Shown: one piece after another, positions 37,379 through 48,134 of the stretch
How positions within the stretch are numbered: position 1 is the stretch's first letter
Layout of the letters: the number at the start of each line of letters is the position of its first letter
Source: an uncultured Bacilli bacterium
GTDB taxonomy: Bacteria > Bacillota_I > Bacilli_A > RF39 > UBA660
NCBI GenBank assembly: GCA_934162665.1
Contig: CAKPJN010000004.1
Location: forward strand, 1,226-65,225
DNA length: 64,000 nucleotides
Direction: 5' to 3'
The notes under the pieces: generated by a model
What the model saw: only the letters and a program-made list of their open reading frames with translations
Database searches by the model: none
Told to the model about the DNA's origin: nothing
Translations under genes and position numbers: made by a program

Positions 37379-39532
37379 TTATCTTTGTACTAAACTTAAA
37401 CTCACTTTTCCTTTTTCTAGTGAGATATCATCTACATAACAATCAACAATATCTCCAATGCTAACTACTTCACTAGGATGTTTTATATATCTATCAGTTA
37501 ATTTAGAGATATGAGCTAATCCATCATTATGAAGTCCAATATCAATAAACGCTCCAAAATCCACAACATTTCTAACTGTTCCTTGTAATTTCATACCAAT
37601 AGTTAAATCCTTAATATCTAGGACATCGCTTTTTAATAATGGCTGTGGCATTTCATCACGAGGATCTAAATTAGGTTTTTTAAGTGATGCAATAACATCT
37701 TCTAAAGTATAAATATCAGTTTCTAAAACGTCTTTATATTTATTTAAATCTAATGTATTTAGCTTTTCAATTAGTTCTTCACTACCTACTTTATCAATTG
37801 ATAATTCTAATTCATTTAATAATTTGGTAGCTATATTATAACTTTCTGGATGGATTGCGGTACGATCTAAGATATTATCTCCATCTGGAATTCTTAAAAA
37901 TCCTATTGCTTGTTCATAGGCTTTATCTGATAATAATTTTTTCTTTTTTATTTCTTCACGTGAAGTTATTTTTCCAAACTTTTCACGGTATTCAATAATT
38001 TTTTCAATAGCTTTTTTGGTAACACCTGAGACGTATTTTAATAGTGAAGTTGAAGCAGTATTTATATTTACTCCAACGCTATTTACACATTTTTCTACTA
38101 CAAAGTCTAGTGATGTTTCTAATTTCTTTTCTGAAACATCATGTTGATATAGACCAACTCCTATACCGTCTGGTGGGATTTTAACAAGTTCAGCAAGAGG
38201 ATCTTGAAGACGTCTTCCAATACTTACAGCACTTCTTTTTTCAACAGCTAAATCTGGGAATTCTTCTATAGCTACTTTGGAAGCACTATAAATAGAGGCT
38301 CCTGCTTCTGATACAATTACATATTTACAACTTAGATTATATTCTTTAATCATATCAGCACAAAACTTTTCAGATTCACGAGAAGCAGTTCCATTACCTA
38401 TCGCAATAATATCTACATTATACTTTTTAATAAGTTGTACTACAACTTCTTTTGATAAACGAATTCTTTCTTCTGTATTTCCATTTAAGAAAGGTTTAAT
38501 TACAGTCGAATCTAAGTATTTTCCATTTTTATCAACAACAGCTAGTTTACAGCCATTAACAAAACCAGGATCAAAAGCTAATACTACTTTTTCTTTTATT
38601 GGTGGAGTTAAAAGTAGGGACTCTAAGTTTTTACCAAAGTTATCAATTGCGGCTTCTTCACCTTTTTCAGTTAATTCACTTCTTATTTCTCTTTCAATAG
38701 ATGGTTCTATTAACCTTTTATAAGAATCCTCTATTGCTTCTTTTACATATTCTGTTACAAATGATTTATCATTTTTAATTAACTTTTTCTCTAAGAATGA
38801 TAATATTTCATCTTTTGATACATCAATATTTACTGTTAATACTTTTTCCTTTTCTCCTCTATTTAGTGCTAGAATACGATGAGGTTTAATCCATTTTACT
38901 GGTTCTTGGTATTCATAATACATTTCATATGTTTTATTTTCATCTATAGCATTTTTCTTTATACTGGATGAAATAATTCCATTTTTATAAAAGTAGCTTC
39001 TAATCCATTTACGATAGGAAGCGTTATCACTAATCCATTCTGCAATAATATACTTTGCACCTTCTATAACTTTTTCAAGTGGTAAATCTTCTTTTATAAA
39101 TTTCTTAGCTAGATCTTCAATAGTTCCATTTAATGGATAAGACATCATCATCTTAGCTAACGGTTCTAGTCCTTGAGCAATTGCTTCTGTTGCCTTTGTT
39201 TTTTTCTTCTCTTTATATGGTCTATACAGATCTTCTACTTCTACTAATTTAGTACAAGACAAAATACTATTTTTTAATTCTTCAGTCATTAATCCTTTTT
39301 CATCTATTAATCTAATGACATCTTCTTTTCTTTTTAAAAGATTTACTTGATATTCATATACCTCATTAATCTTTCTAATCATTTCTTCATCTAAAGCTCC
39401 AGTTGCTTCTTTTCTATATCTAGCGATAAAAGGAACAGTATTTCCTTCGCTTAATAAACCTAAGACTGTTGTTACTTGCTTTTCTGTTATATTTAAATCT
39501 TTAGAAATCTCTTTTATTATTAATTCATTCAT
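37379..39532 (-). CDS. tex: Tex-like transcription accessory protein (YqgF/HHH/S1 domains)
   Basis: 717 aa. N-terminal VPFIARYRKEATG and a C-terminal S1 domain (GTVRNVVDFGAFIDIGLHNDGLAHISKL). Confidence 0.9.
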   Translation of the reverse strand: MNELIIKEISKDLNITEKQVTTVLGLLSEGNTVPFIARYRKEATGALDEEMIRKINEVYEYQVNLLKRKEDVIRLIDEKGLMTEELKNSILSCTKLVEVEDLYRPYKEKKKTKATEAIAQGLEPLAKMMMSYPLNGTIEDLAKKFIKEDLPLEKVIEGAKYIIAEWISDNASYRKWIRSYFYKNGIISSSIKKNAIDENKTYEMYYEYQEPVKWIKPHRILALNRGEKEKVLTVNIDVSKDEILSFLEKKLIKNDKSFVTEYVKEAIEDSYKRLIEPSIEREIRSELTEKGEEAAIDNFGKNLESLLLTPPIKEKVVLAFDPGFVNGCKLAVVDKNGKYLDSTVIKPFLNGNTEERIRLSKEVVVQLIKKYNVDIIAIGNGTASRESEKFCADMIKEYNLSCKYVIVSEAGASIYSASKVAIEEFPDLAVEKRSAVSIGRRLQDPLAELVKIPPDGIGVGLYQHDVSEKKLETSLDFVVEKCVNSVGVNINTASTSLLKYVSGVTKKAIEKIIEYREKFGKITSREEIKKKKLLSDKAYEQAIGFLRIPDGDNILDRTAIHPESYNIATKLLNELELSIDKVGSEELIEKLNTLDLNKYKDVLETDIYTLEDVIASLKKPNLDPRDEMPQPLLKSDVLDIKDLTIGMKLQGTVRNVVDFGAFIDIGLHNDGLAHISKLTDRYIKHPSEVVSIGDIVDCYVDDISLEKGKVSLSLVQR

Positions 39533-39614
39533 TGTTACACCTCATTTTCTATGATACCAAAATAAAAAGTCAATTTAAAGTATTGACTTTTTTTATTTAT
39601 ATTTATTTTACATC

Positions 39615-41432
39615 TTATGGTTTTATAACTGCACGTGAGGAAAAAGAATTATCTAATATTCCTGGAGAACTATAAGTACAGAATATTCCGGCATTTTGTT
39701 CTGGACTTGATTCTTTTCCGCCTCGCGCTAGCCAATAATTATTTGGAGCTGAATCAAAGAATATATTTGCATCATTGTAGAAACCAGCAGTTCCGTCTGC
39801 GTTGATGGCATCTCCTTTAATACTTATATTATTTTGAGTATATTTATTATAATACTTCAAAGCTGGTAATGTTTCAAAACCGCTTGATGGTATCATATTA
39901 TTATAATTACCCATTACATATTCCCAAGCACCACCACTCATATCATATACTCCATATATTGTTCCAGTAGTTGATGCACCTACTCCAGTATCAGCTGTAT
40001 CATAGGGAACTTGAGTATTTACAGTGCTAGTTGATGGCGTTTGATTTGACATTCCTGTTAAAAATTCAGCTGATTTATTTTGATATATTTCTTTATTTGC
40101 ACCAGTGTAATTATTATTTCCATATTTTCCATATTTTGATTGTGAAAGATACGCAACTGCTCCCCATTCTGTATTTTTTATCATGTGGGCATCATAATCT
40201 CCATTTAGTCCATAATTAGCATTACCATTTGTATTCATTTGATTTTGTATACTATTAAATAATGTTGCGACATTTTGTCCTTTAACACTACTTAAATTAG
40301 GTTTTACTGTTAGTGAATCAATTGTTCCAGTTAATTCAAACTTAGATACCCATATTCCTGATAATTCTTCATTTGTGCCATCTTTTCTTGATGTATCACA
40401 GGTATCTCCCCAGCAAAAGGCACTTGATGTATAATAATTATCTGGAGTTGAGCCCGTATATATTCCAGTCCCATTATCTAATACAGAGTTTTTTATCCAT
40501 TTAATATTAAATGCTCCTGGTGTTGCTAAAGACGGAGTATTGGCACCATCTATTTGATATCCATAGGTATTTCCTAATGTATATGAATATCTTGGAATCC
40601 ATACCCACATTGCATTTATATCATCCATAGAAACTGTAGTTCCTACTTTAGCATTTACATATTTACTTCTATTTGTTCCATTTATAGTAACGGCATTTGC
40701 CCATCTTTGTTCTTCATAATTATACCAAGTTTCATCTTTAGTACTTGATTTTACCCATTGTTTTAAATTATCATCATATCTTACTGGAATCATGTCCCCT
40801 AATAATTCTGGTGGATTAGGAGTTTCCATAGCATTTTCACCTTCTAATACTATTTTTCCATGATAATGTTTTCCCAAAACTTCATTTCCAGCTTCTTCTG
40901 ATAACCAAACTCTTAAAGCATATGTTTTACTTTCTCCTGCTGCAAGTGATCCGGATACAATAATATAATTAGAAGCCTGTTTATCAGCTAATATTGATGG
41001 TGTTTCTTTATTTATACTATATTTTAATTTAGTTTTGTCTAATTGATTATTAGCACAATTATCTTCAGCAATCATATCAGTATCATCTAATAATTTTATA
41101 TTATATGTCGTTGTTATACTACCTGTATTTTTTATTTTAAAAGTATATGGTGTTGTTTCTTGACCTTCGTTATCTGATACAGGATAAGCGCCGTTTAAGT
41201 TAATTGTATTTTCTAACCCATCTTCTGTATCATTAAACTCTATTTGAAGTGTTCCTACTCTTAAAGTGTTATATTTCTTAGCTTTTTGAATTGATGAAAA
41301 AATAGCATAACTACTAGTTATTAAAATAATAAAGATTACAAATATTGAAATAATAGTGAATTGTATTTCCCTTTTTTTTAAGGTTTTTATTATTTCTCTT
41401 TTTTTATTGTCTGTCAGTTTATTTTTTTCCAT
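39615..41432 (-). CDS. secreted TasA/camelysin-like N-domain fused to an FGE/C-type-lectin-like C-domain (intact paralog)
   Basis: The signal/TM ends in TSSYAIFSS (SipW-type), followed by VGTLQIEF, FKIKNTGSIT and YALRVWL. The C-terminus has GGAWEYVMGNY and YWLARGG..FSSRAVIKP. Confidence 0.6.
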   Translation of the reverse strand: MEKNKLTDNKKREIIKTLKKREIQFTIISIFVIFIILITSSYAIFSSIQKAKKYNTLRVGTLQIEFNDTEDGLENTINLNGAYPVSDNEGQETTPYTFKIKNTGSITTTYNIKLLDDTDMIAEDNCANNQLDKTKLKYSINKETPSILADKQASNYIIVSGSLAAGESKTYALRVWLSEEAGNEVLGKHYHGKIVLEGENAMETPNPPELLGDMIPVRYDDNLKQWVKSSTKDETWYNYEEQRWANAVTINGTNRSKYVNAKVGTTVSMDDINAMWVWIPRYSYTLGNTYGYQIDGANTPSLATPGAFNIKWIKNSVLDNGTGIYTGSTPDNYYTSSAFCWGDTCDTSRKDGTNEELSGIWVSKFELTGTIDSLTVKPNLSSVKGQNVATLFNSIQNQMNTNGNANYGLNGDYDAHMIKNTEWGAVAYLSQSKYGKYGNNNYTGANKEIYQNKSAEFLTGMSNQTPSTSTVNTQVPYDTADTGVGASTTGTIYGVYDMSGGAWEYVMGNYNNMIPSSGFETLPALKYYNKYTQNNISIKGDAINADGTAGFYNDANIFFDSAPNNYWLARGGKESSPEQNAGIFCTYSSPGILDNSFSSRAVIKP

Positions 41433-41447
41433 ATTATCACCATTCTT

Positions 41448-41657
41448 TTATTTTTTTAAATACCATGAAATTATAAAGTAAATACTTCCTCCTAAGGCAA
41501 TTATTAATAAGATTATTAAAATCATTTTTATAATAGGATTATTTCTGTCTAGATATCCATCATCTTTTTTTCTGGCATTTGTTATTAAACGATTGAATTC
41601 TTCTTGATTTTTGCTATTTACATCTATATTTTTTTCGTAAGATTTACCATCATTCAT
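41448..41657 (-). CDS. small single-TM protein (69 aa)
   Basis: ORF with a C-terminal hydrophobic helix. Confidence 0.4.
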   Translation of the reverse strand: MNDGKSYEKNIDVNSKNQEEFNRLITNARKKDDGYLDRNNPIIKMILIILLIIALGGSIYFIISWYLKK

Positions 41658-41704
41658 GATACCACCTCTATTATGATATTAACATATTTATGTTTATTTT
41701 TCAA

Positions 41705-43873
41705 TTAAAAGTGATTAGGATTAAAATCTATATCAATTTTTACTTTATTGGTACTTTTATAGTGGTCTAATACTTTTTCTAATGTTTCCATCAAATTATC
41801 TTCTTTTTTGTATTTAATTATTATTCCGTATCTATAGATATTGTTTACTTTAAATACTCCACTTGTAGATGGTCCTAAAATGATACTAGATGTAAGATTT
41901 CTATCTAGGGCATTTTTTATTTTATTAGCTTCTACTCCTGCATATTTCATATCATTACTACTAATTCTTATATAACAAATATAATAGAATGGTGGATATT
42001 TCAACATTTTTCTTATTGTCATTTCTTGATTATAAAAACCTATGTAATCATGATTTTTTGCATATCTAATAGCATAATGGTCTTTATTAAATGTTTGAAT
42101 AATAACTTCTCCATTTTTTTTACTTCTGCCACTTCTACCAGCCACCTGGGAAAGTAGAGAAAATGTATTTTCACTGCTTCTAAAGTCAGGAATATTTAGA
42201 CTTGTGTCAGCATTGATAACACCAACTAAAGTTACATTATCAAAATCTAGTCCTTTAGCAACAATTTGTGTACCAAGTAGAATATCATATTCATGATTTT
42301 TAAATGCTGTAATCATTTTTTGATGCATTCCTTTTCTACTGGTAGTGTCAACATCCATTCTAAGTATTTTAGCAGATGGTATTAACTTATTAAGTTCTTC
42401 TTCTACTTTTTCTGTTCCAACGCCTAAATCATTTATTGATTTTTCGTGACACGATGGACAAGTATCATATACTTTAGTTCCATATCCACAATAATGACAT
42501 CTTAGTGTATTTGATGTTTTATGATAAGTTAAGGTAATATCGCAGTTTGGACATTTAAAAGTATATCCACAATTTTTACAAGTAATAAACGATGAATAGC
42601 CTCTCCTATTTAAAAGAAGAATTATTTGTTCTTTATTTTTTAATTTTTCTATTATTTTTTCTAATAATATCTTTGAAAAATGACCTTTACTAGTTTTTAT
42701 TTCTTGATTCATATCTATTATGTTAACATTAGGTAGATTTTTTCCATTAACTCTATTTGGCAAGTTTAATAGATTAAATACACCTTTTTTAGCTCTAGCA
42801 AATGATTCAAGTGATGGTGTGGCACTTCCCATTACAACTTTACAGTTATTAAACTTGGCTCTCAGTATTGCGATATCTTTAGCATTATATCTGGGATTAT
42901 TATCCTGTTTATATGAGTCACTATGTTCCTCATCAATGATTATGATTCCAAGATTAGAGAGGGGTGCGAATATTGCACTTCTAGCTCCTATTACAATTGA
43001 CACTTCTCCCCTTGCGATTCTTCTAAATTCGTCATACTTTTCTCCATCTGATAAAGCAGAATGAAGGGCAGCAATTTTTTCTCCAAAACGTTTTTGAAAT
43101 CTTTCTACCATTTGAGGAGTTAGAGAAATTTCTGGAACTAAGACAATACTTGTTTTATTATTTTTTAGGGCATCATCTATCAATTCCATATAGACTTCTG
43201 TTTTACCACTTCCTGTTACTCCATGGAGTAAATATATATTATTATTTGATGGAGTTAATACTTCATCCACTACTTTTTGTTGATCAACTGTCAATTCTTT
43301 TTTTATCAGTGAATCTTTATTATATTCTAGACGATAATGTTCTTTTTTTATTTCTTCTATCAAATCTTTTTTTAATAATGTATTTAAACTACTACTAGAT
43401 ATTTTTAAAAGTTCTTCCCTTTTTACTAAGTTGTTTTTTTCTAACAGTGATATAATTTCTTCTTGTTTAGAATTAATTTTTATGGAAGGTTTAGTTTTCA
43501 ACTTATAGTATGTATCATATTTTTTAGATATCATTGTTCCATGTTTTGCCTTTAGGGCCTTAGGTAACATTACTTGATAGCAACTAATTAAAGTTGATAA
43601 AGTCATTTTTTGCATTTTCTTTCCTAGTTGTAATAATTCATTATTTAAAACAATATCTTTATCAATTACAGAGATGATATTTTTTAATTCTCTAGTACTA
43701 CTGTTTTTTATTTCTAGAACAAATCCTTCTAAAGTTTGTCTCCCAAAGGGAACTTCTACTCTAATTCCAACTTTTATATCATTTTCTAATTCTTTAGGAA
43801 CTAAATAATCAAAATTTTTATCAATATTTTTATTAGATAATTCTACTAATACTCCGACTATCAAAAACATCAC
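41705..43873 (-). CDS. priA: primosomal protein N' (replication restart helicase PriA)
   Basis: GVTGSGKTEVY, IIIDEEH and Cys-rich Zn fingers (CKNCGY..CPNC..CHYCGY..CPSC). The exact start (GTG 43873, ATG 43870 or TTG 43864) is uncertain. Confidence 0.9.
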   Translation of the reverse strand: MMFLIVGVLVELSNKNIDKNFDYLVPKELENDIKVGIRVEVPFGRQTLEGFVLEIKNSSTRELKNIISVIDKDIVLNNELLQLGKKMQKMTLSTLISCYQVMLPKALKAKHGTMISKKYDTYYKLKTKPSIKINSKQEEIISLLEKNNLVKREELLKISSSSLNTLLKKDLIEEIKKEHYRLEYNKDSLIKKELTVDQQKVVDEVLTPSNNNIYLLHGVTGSGKTEVYMELIDDALKNNKTSIVLVPEISLTPQMVERFQKRFGEKIAALHSALSDGEKYDEFRRIARGEVSIVIGARSAIFAPLSNLGIIIIDEEHSDSYKQDNNPRYNAKDIAILRAKFNNCKVVMGSATPSLESFARAKKGVFNLLNLPNRVNGKNLPNVNIIDMNQEIKTSKGHFSKILLEKIIEKLKNKEQIILLLNRRGYSSFITCKNCGYTFKCPNCDITLTYHKTSNTLRCHYCGYGTKVYDTCPSCHEKSINDLGVGTEKVEEELNKLIPSAKILRMDVDTTSRKGMHQKMITAFKNHEYDILLGTQIVAKGLDFDNVTLVGVINADTSLNIPDFRSSENTFSLLSQVAGRSGRSKKNGEVIIQTFNKDHYAIRYAKNHDYIGFYNQEMTIRKMLKYPPFYYICYIRISSNDMKYAGVEANKIKNALDRNLTSSIILGPSTSGVFKVNNIYRYGIIIKYKKEDNLMETLEKVLDHYKSTNKVKIDIDFNPNHF

Positions 43874-43974
43874 CTTCTTTATATTTATTATTATAGCATA
43901 ATATTTAATACCATTAATCTATATTATATTTTTAATTTCACCTATTTTTCACATTTTTTCTTTTGTTAATTCTT

Positions 43975-44738
43975 TTATAGACTTTTCTTTGGTGTTGGCA
44001 AATTCTCCGGCATAGTACCACCTAGTTTTTCAATTGTATCTCTAACTGCTTTACCAACTTTAAAATGTGTATTAGTTGCAATTTTCTCATTTGGTTCTTC
44101 CTGTTTTTCTAATAAGGCTTCAGTTTGAGTAATCCTAAATATATTAGCTGCTAATTCAACACTTCCCATATTATCTAAATATCTTCTCTATACCTTAATT
44201 TTTTTCTCTTTGCTATATCATCTGCTGTTTCTCCATTATATAAGCCTTTATAACCTGCATTATGGAATTTATTCAAATTTTTAACACCTGATTTTACTGC
44301 CGTTCTATTTAAAGAATAATTACCTTTTTTAGTTAATTTTCTTTGATAAAATCTCTTTTCATCTTCAGAAAGCATATTATATTCTTTTTCAGTAATTTAT
44401 TGTTTTCTAGTTTGAACTGCAAAATAAGTTTGTCCTAAGGCTACTGCTTTAAATTTTGGATTGGCATTTTGAACTATTAGATAACATGCATAACGACTTA
44501 GTTTATAATCTATAATTGGTTTAGTAGTTTTACCTGCTATTACGATTTTGAAGTAAACTCCAAAATGGGAATTGATATTATTATTACTTTGAGAACAGGC
44601 AACTTGAGCTTTTTCTATTATATTCGCAAATAGTCGCCATTCTTTATATTCTAGCATTTTTTGTAATTCTCTTGCTTCCCAATACTCATTACCATGTTCA
44701 TCAATGTGTTTAATATCTTCAAAAGTATTTTTACTCAT
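43975..44738 (-). pseudogene. dinD: DNA-damage-inducible protein D (DinD, Bro-N type), split into three ORFs
   Basis: The ORFs read ..LSRYACYLIVQNANPK..YFAVQTRKQ* / LSEDEKRFY..AGYKGLYNGE..REDI* / MGSVELAANIFRITQTE..GGTMPENLP. There is an in-frame TAA at 44397..44399 and a 1-nt loss in the T-run at 44177..44179. Restoring one T gives EDILDNMGS. Confidence 0.75.
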
Positions 44739-45036
44739 TAATTTTTTCTCCTTTTCTATTTCATATTACGATGTTTTCTTATTTTATTATTCAAATTTTG
44801 ATACTTGATTTTTAGATATAATTCTATATTAGTATAATTTTTATCATTATAGTTACTTTTAATGTATGATGTACTATAATTCTGTTTATTGTGATTTATA
44901 TACAATACCTAATATTTTCTTGGTATTCACACCATATCATTCAAACTAATGTTTGTCAATACTTCTAATAAATTAAACTAAGTTTTTTATAAAGAAAAAA
45001 AACTGAAGCAAAATCTTGTATCAGTCGTTAATTTCT

Positions 45037-46089
45037 TTAAAATAATTTTAAAACATCATTAATGGTTATGTAAATCATTAATAACATTAATAACATCAAA
45101 CCAATTGTATGAATTATATTTTCTGTTTTTGGATCAACTGGTGAACCTTTTATTTTTTCTATAATTATAAATAGGATATGTCCTCCATCAAAAGCTGGTA
45201 AAGGCAATAAGTTAATAAACCCTACATTTATACTTAAAAAGGCAATCAAATATAAAATACTAGATAATCCAGCTTTACTTTGCTCTCCTACTACTGAATA
45301 AATTCCTACTGGTCCACTTAATTGACTTATCTTTATTCCACCTGTAAATAAGTAACCTACTGTTACAAACATTTGCTTAAATATTGAAGCTGTCTTTTTA
45401 TAAGTGTATTTAAAAGCATTTGTTAAACCATATGTTTTTTCTTGTCTTAGACCTATACCATATACATAAGTAGTATTCTTTTCTTTTGTAACTTTTTTAG
45501 GTTTAACATTATAGTTCTTTATAGTTCCATCTTGCTTTTTTACTTGTATTTTTGTGTTTTTATCGTGATTAGCTACAGTTAAGTATAATGATACATCATC
45601 CATTGTAGTTGTTTTATGATCATTTATTTTTAAAATAATATCATTTTTTTCAAGGCCCACTTTTTCAGCTGGGTAATTTTTTTCTATTGATGATATTTTC
45701 GGGGTCATACTTGTTCCACCCCATATTAATGAGATAAAAAATATAATAATGATTGCGCTTAGAAAATTGTTTCCTGCGCCAAAAAACATAATTAAAAATC
45801 TCTGCCATGGTTTTTTATCTTGAAGACGTCTATTTTTTGGTACTTTTTTCATTTCATCTTCGTCTACTTCTTCTCCAGCTAATTGACAGAATCCTCCAAT
45901 AGGAATAGCTCTAAGAGTATACTCTGTTTCTTTTCCTTTTTTACTTAATAGTTTAGGTCCCATACCTATTGCGAATTCATAAACATAGACTCCATTTAAT
46001 TTAGCAAATATAAAATGTCCAAATTCATGAATAAATACTATAACTCCTAAAATTAAAACAAATAATATGATATTTAATATTATTGACAT
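45037..46089 (-). CDS. rseP: RIP metalloprotease RseP/RasP (M50 site-2 protease)
   Basis: HEFGHF, a PDZ-like middle domain, and NLLPLPAFDGGH. Confidence 0.9.
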   Translation of the reverse strand: MSIILNIILFVLILGVIVFIHEFGHFIFAKLNGVYVYEFAIGMGPKLLSKKGKETEYTLRAIPIGGFCQLAGEEVDEDEMKKVPKNRRLQDKKPWQRFLIMFFGAGNNFLSAIIIIFFISLIWGGTSMTPKISSIEKNYPAEKVGLEKNDIILKINDHKTTTMDDVSLYLTVANHDKNTKIQVKKQDGTIKNYNVKPKKVTKEKNTTYVYGIGLRQEKTYGLTNAFKYTYKKTASIFKQMFVTVGYLFTGGIKISQLSGPVGIYSVVGEQSKAGLSSILYLIAFLSINVGFINLLPLPAFDGGHILFIIIEKIKGSPVDPKTENIIHTIGLMLLMLLMIYITINDVLKLF

Positions 46090-46099
46090 ATATTCCTCC

Positions 46100-46900
46100 T
46101 TAAATAATACCTAAAAATAAGATTGTCGCTAAAGCTACAAATATTAGGCTATCAAATCTGTCTAGGATACCTCCATGACCTGGAATTAAATCAGAGAAAT
46201 CTTTTTTTCCATAATATCTTTTAATTGATGAAAAAGCTAAATCTCCAAGTTGTCCTATAAAAGCTAAAAGCGTAGTTATTAATATTAAAATTACTAATGG
46301 TAAAGAATGATTAATTACAGTTGTATAGAAAGCTGTTGCGCTTATTACTCCCATTAATACTCCACCAAGTAATCCTTCTATTGTTTTTTTAGGTGAAATT
46401 AATGGACATAGTTTATGTCTTCCTATTAAACTACCGGTAATTAAGGCAAATGTATCAGTCATGATAGTTATTAATAATAAATATATAATGTAATTTATAT
46501 CATAATTTCTAGTAATTACTAATAGATTAAAGCTTAGGCCTATAAATAAAACTGAGCCTACTAAAAATAAAGCATCATTCAAATTATATTTTTTATTATC
46601 ATTTATAAATACCATTGGTGATAGGAAAGCAAAGATAATAAATGTCATTACTCTATAGTCTACGTTATATGTAAAGCTAATAGAATTAAAATTAGTCATA
46701 CTAAAAAACATTACTAATAAATATGCAAATACTTTAATAATAAATGGAAACTTTTTTTTGCTTTCTCGTATATGGATTAATTCATATAGACCCAATACAG
46801 ATAGTAACGTCATAAAAACAGCAAAGTATTTACCTCCGACTAATAGCACTGGTATAAAAATGATTCCCATGATAATTGCACTTAGAATTCTTTTTTTCAT
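46100..46900 (-). CDS. cdsA: phosphatidate cytidylyltransferase
   Basis: SSIKRYYGKKDFSDLIPGHGGILDRFDS signature. The start is set at ATG 46900, which is 5 nt after GGAGG. Confidence 0.9.
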   Translation of the reverse strand: MKKRILSAIIMGIIFIPVLLVGGKYFAVFMTLLSVLGLYELIHIRESKKKFPFIIKVFAYLLVMFFSMTNFNSISFTYNVDYRVMTFIIFAFLSPMVFINDNKKYNLNDALFLVGSVLFIGLSFNLLVITRNYDINYIIYLLLITIMTDTFALITGSLIGRHKLCPLISPKKTIEGLLGGVLMGVISATAFYTTVINHSLPLVILILITTLLAFIGQLGDLAFSSIKRYYGKKDFSDLIPGHGGILDRFDSLIFVALATILFLGII

Positions 46901-47050
46901 ATATACCTCCAATTTTATCTATATTTAGTATAATACGAAAAACTAAATTCTACAAGAAAAATATATCCATATAATACTTTGTGTGGTATTATTTTTAAAT
47001 TTACTTATTAAATTATACATGATACAATAACTATGTTTTGGAGGTATTAT

Positions 47051-48103
47051 ATGGAATTTGATTCTACTAAGATAAAAGATTTAGAGTATTTAAGTGGTGG
47101 AGCATTTGGATCAGTTTATCGATATCATGATGATGCTTTAAAGTTTTATCGTGAAACAGTTAAAACTCCATATGGAGACATTGTTAAAAATCCATGTTTA
47201 AAATTTCCCAAGAGAAAATTAGAGCGATTAATAAAGTTAAATAGTTCCATTCATAACACTCATCTTATTACTGATTTTATTTATGAGGATAATATATTTA
47301 GTGGTGTTGTTTATCCATACCATAATGGAGATATTTTACCAAATATTTCTTTTACTCCTAATGCAAAAAAAGAAGTTTGTATGAAGCTTGTGAACAATGC
47401 AGAGGAATTAACTAATTATAATATTTATCCTCTTGATTATAAATTAAACAATATTATGTATACTGATAGTGAAAAAGTAGAGATCATTGATTTAGATGAT
47501 ACTTTTACTCATGTTAGATATGGTTTTTCTCCTATTTTATTAATAAATAGTATTAACTCGTTAAAAAGAACAATCTCTTATTTTCTAGATAAAAAATATT
47601 TTCATTCTAATCAACAATTTGATAGATATCTGATAAGGAATCATTTTGATAAAAAATTATATCAGCATCCACTCTCTTATAATTATTTGAAAGAATATAT
47701 TGAATCTTATAATAGTAAATTTTATTTCATTTTTATTAACAGTGATGATATTTCTCTATTTGACTACAGCATTTTTAATACTTTAGCAACAACATATAAT
47801 ATTAAACTTATCCTTAATTTCTGCAATAATGAAACTTCTTCTATGATTTCAGAAAAGTTAGTGGATTGCAATAAAAGAGGCTTACCTATTTTTGATTTTA
47901 TTTTGAACAATAATGAAAATGATATAGAAAATAATATTATTACATTTTTAGATAATTATAAAACAACTAAATTTTTTTATTTTGATTCTTCTCATTATTT
48001 TCCTGTCTTTGACAAAAATCAATTATTAAATTCTCCATATAGTGATATATTTGATAATGGCAATTTAGATGAGGTTAAAAAACAGCTAATAAAAAAGAAA
48101 TAA
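47051..48103 (+). CDS. protein-kinase-like fold protein with an unknown C-terminal domain
   Basis: LSGGAFGSVYRY..ALKFY (Gly-loop plus Lys), PLDYKLNNIMY (catalytic-loop-like) and IIDLDD (DFG-like). ATG 47051 lies 6 nt after GGAGGT. Confidence 0.4.
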   Translation: MEFDSTKIKDLEYLSGGAFGSVYRYHDDALKFYRETVKTPYGDIVKNPCLKFPKRKLERLIKLNSSIHNTHLITDFIYEDNIFSGVVYPYHNGDILPNISFTPNAKKEVCMKLVNNAEELTNYNIYPLDYKLNNIMYTDSEKVEIIDLDDTFTHVRYGFSPILLINSINSLKRTISYFLDKKYFHSNQQFDRYLIRNHFDKKLYQHPLSYNYLKEYIESYNSKFYFIFINSDDISLFDYSIFNTLATTYNIKLILNFCNNETSSMISEKLVDCNKRGLPIFDFILNNNENDIENNIITFLDNYKTTKFFYFDSSHYFPVFDKNQLLNSPYSDIFDNGNLDEVKKQLIKKK

Positions 48104-48134
48104 TATAGTAATAAGTTGCAATAGAAAAGTAAAC

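Noticed and set aside
25229-41432. I searched the window by eye for a DGR template repeat (an A-rich near-copy of 25265..25366) and for a reverse transcriptase.
   Set aside because: None was found. The C-termini of the paralogs at 39615, 50112 and 18663 are not similar to the patch at the nucleotide level. The DGR idea therefore depends on sequence outside the window.
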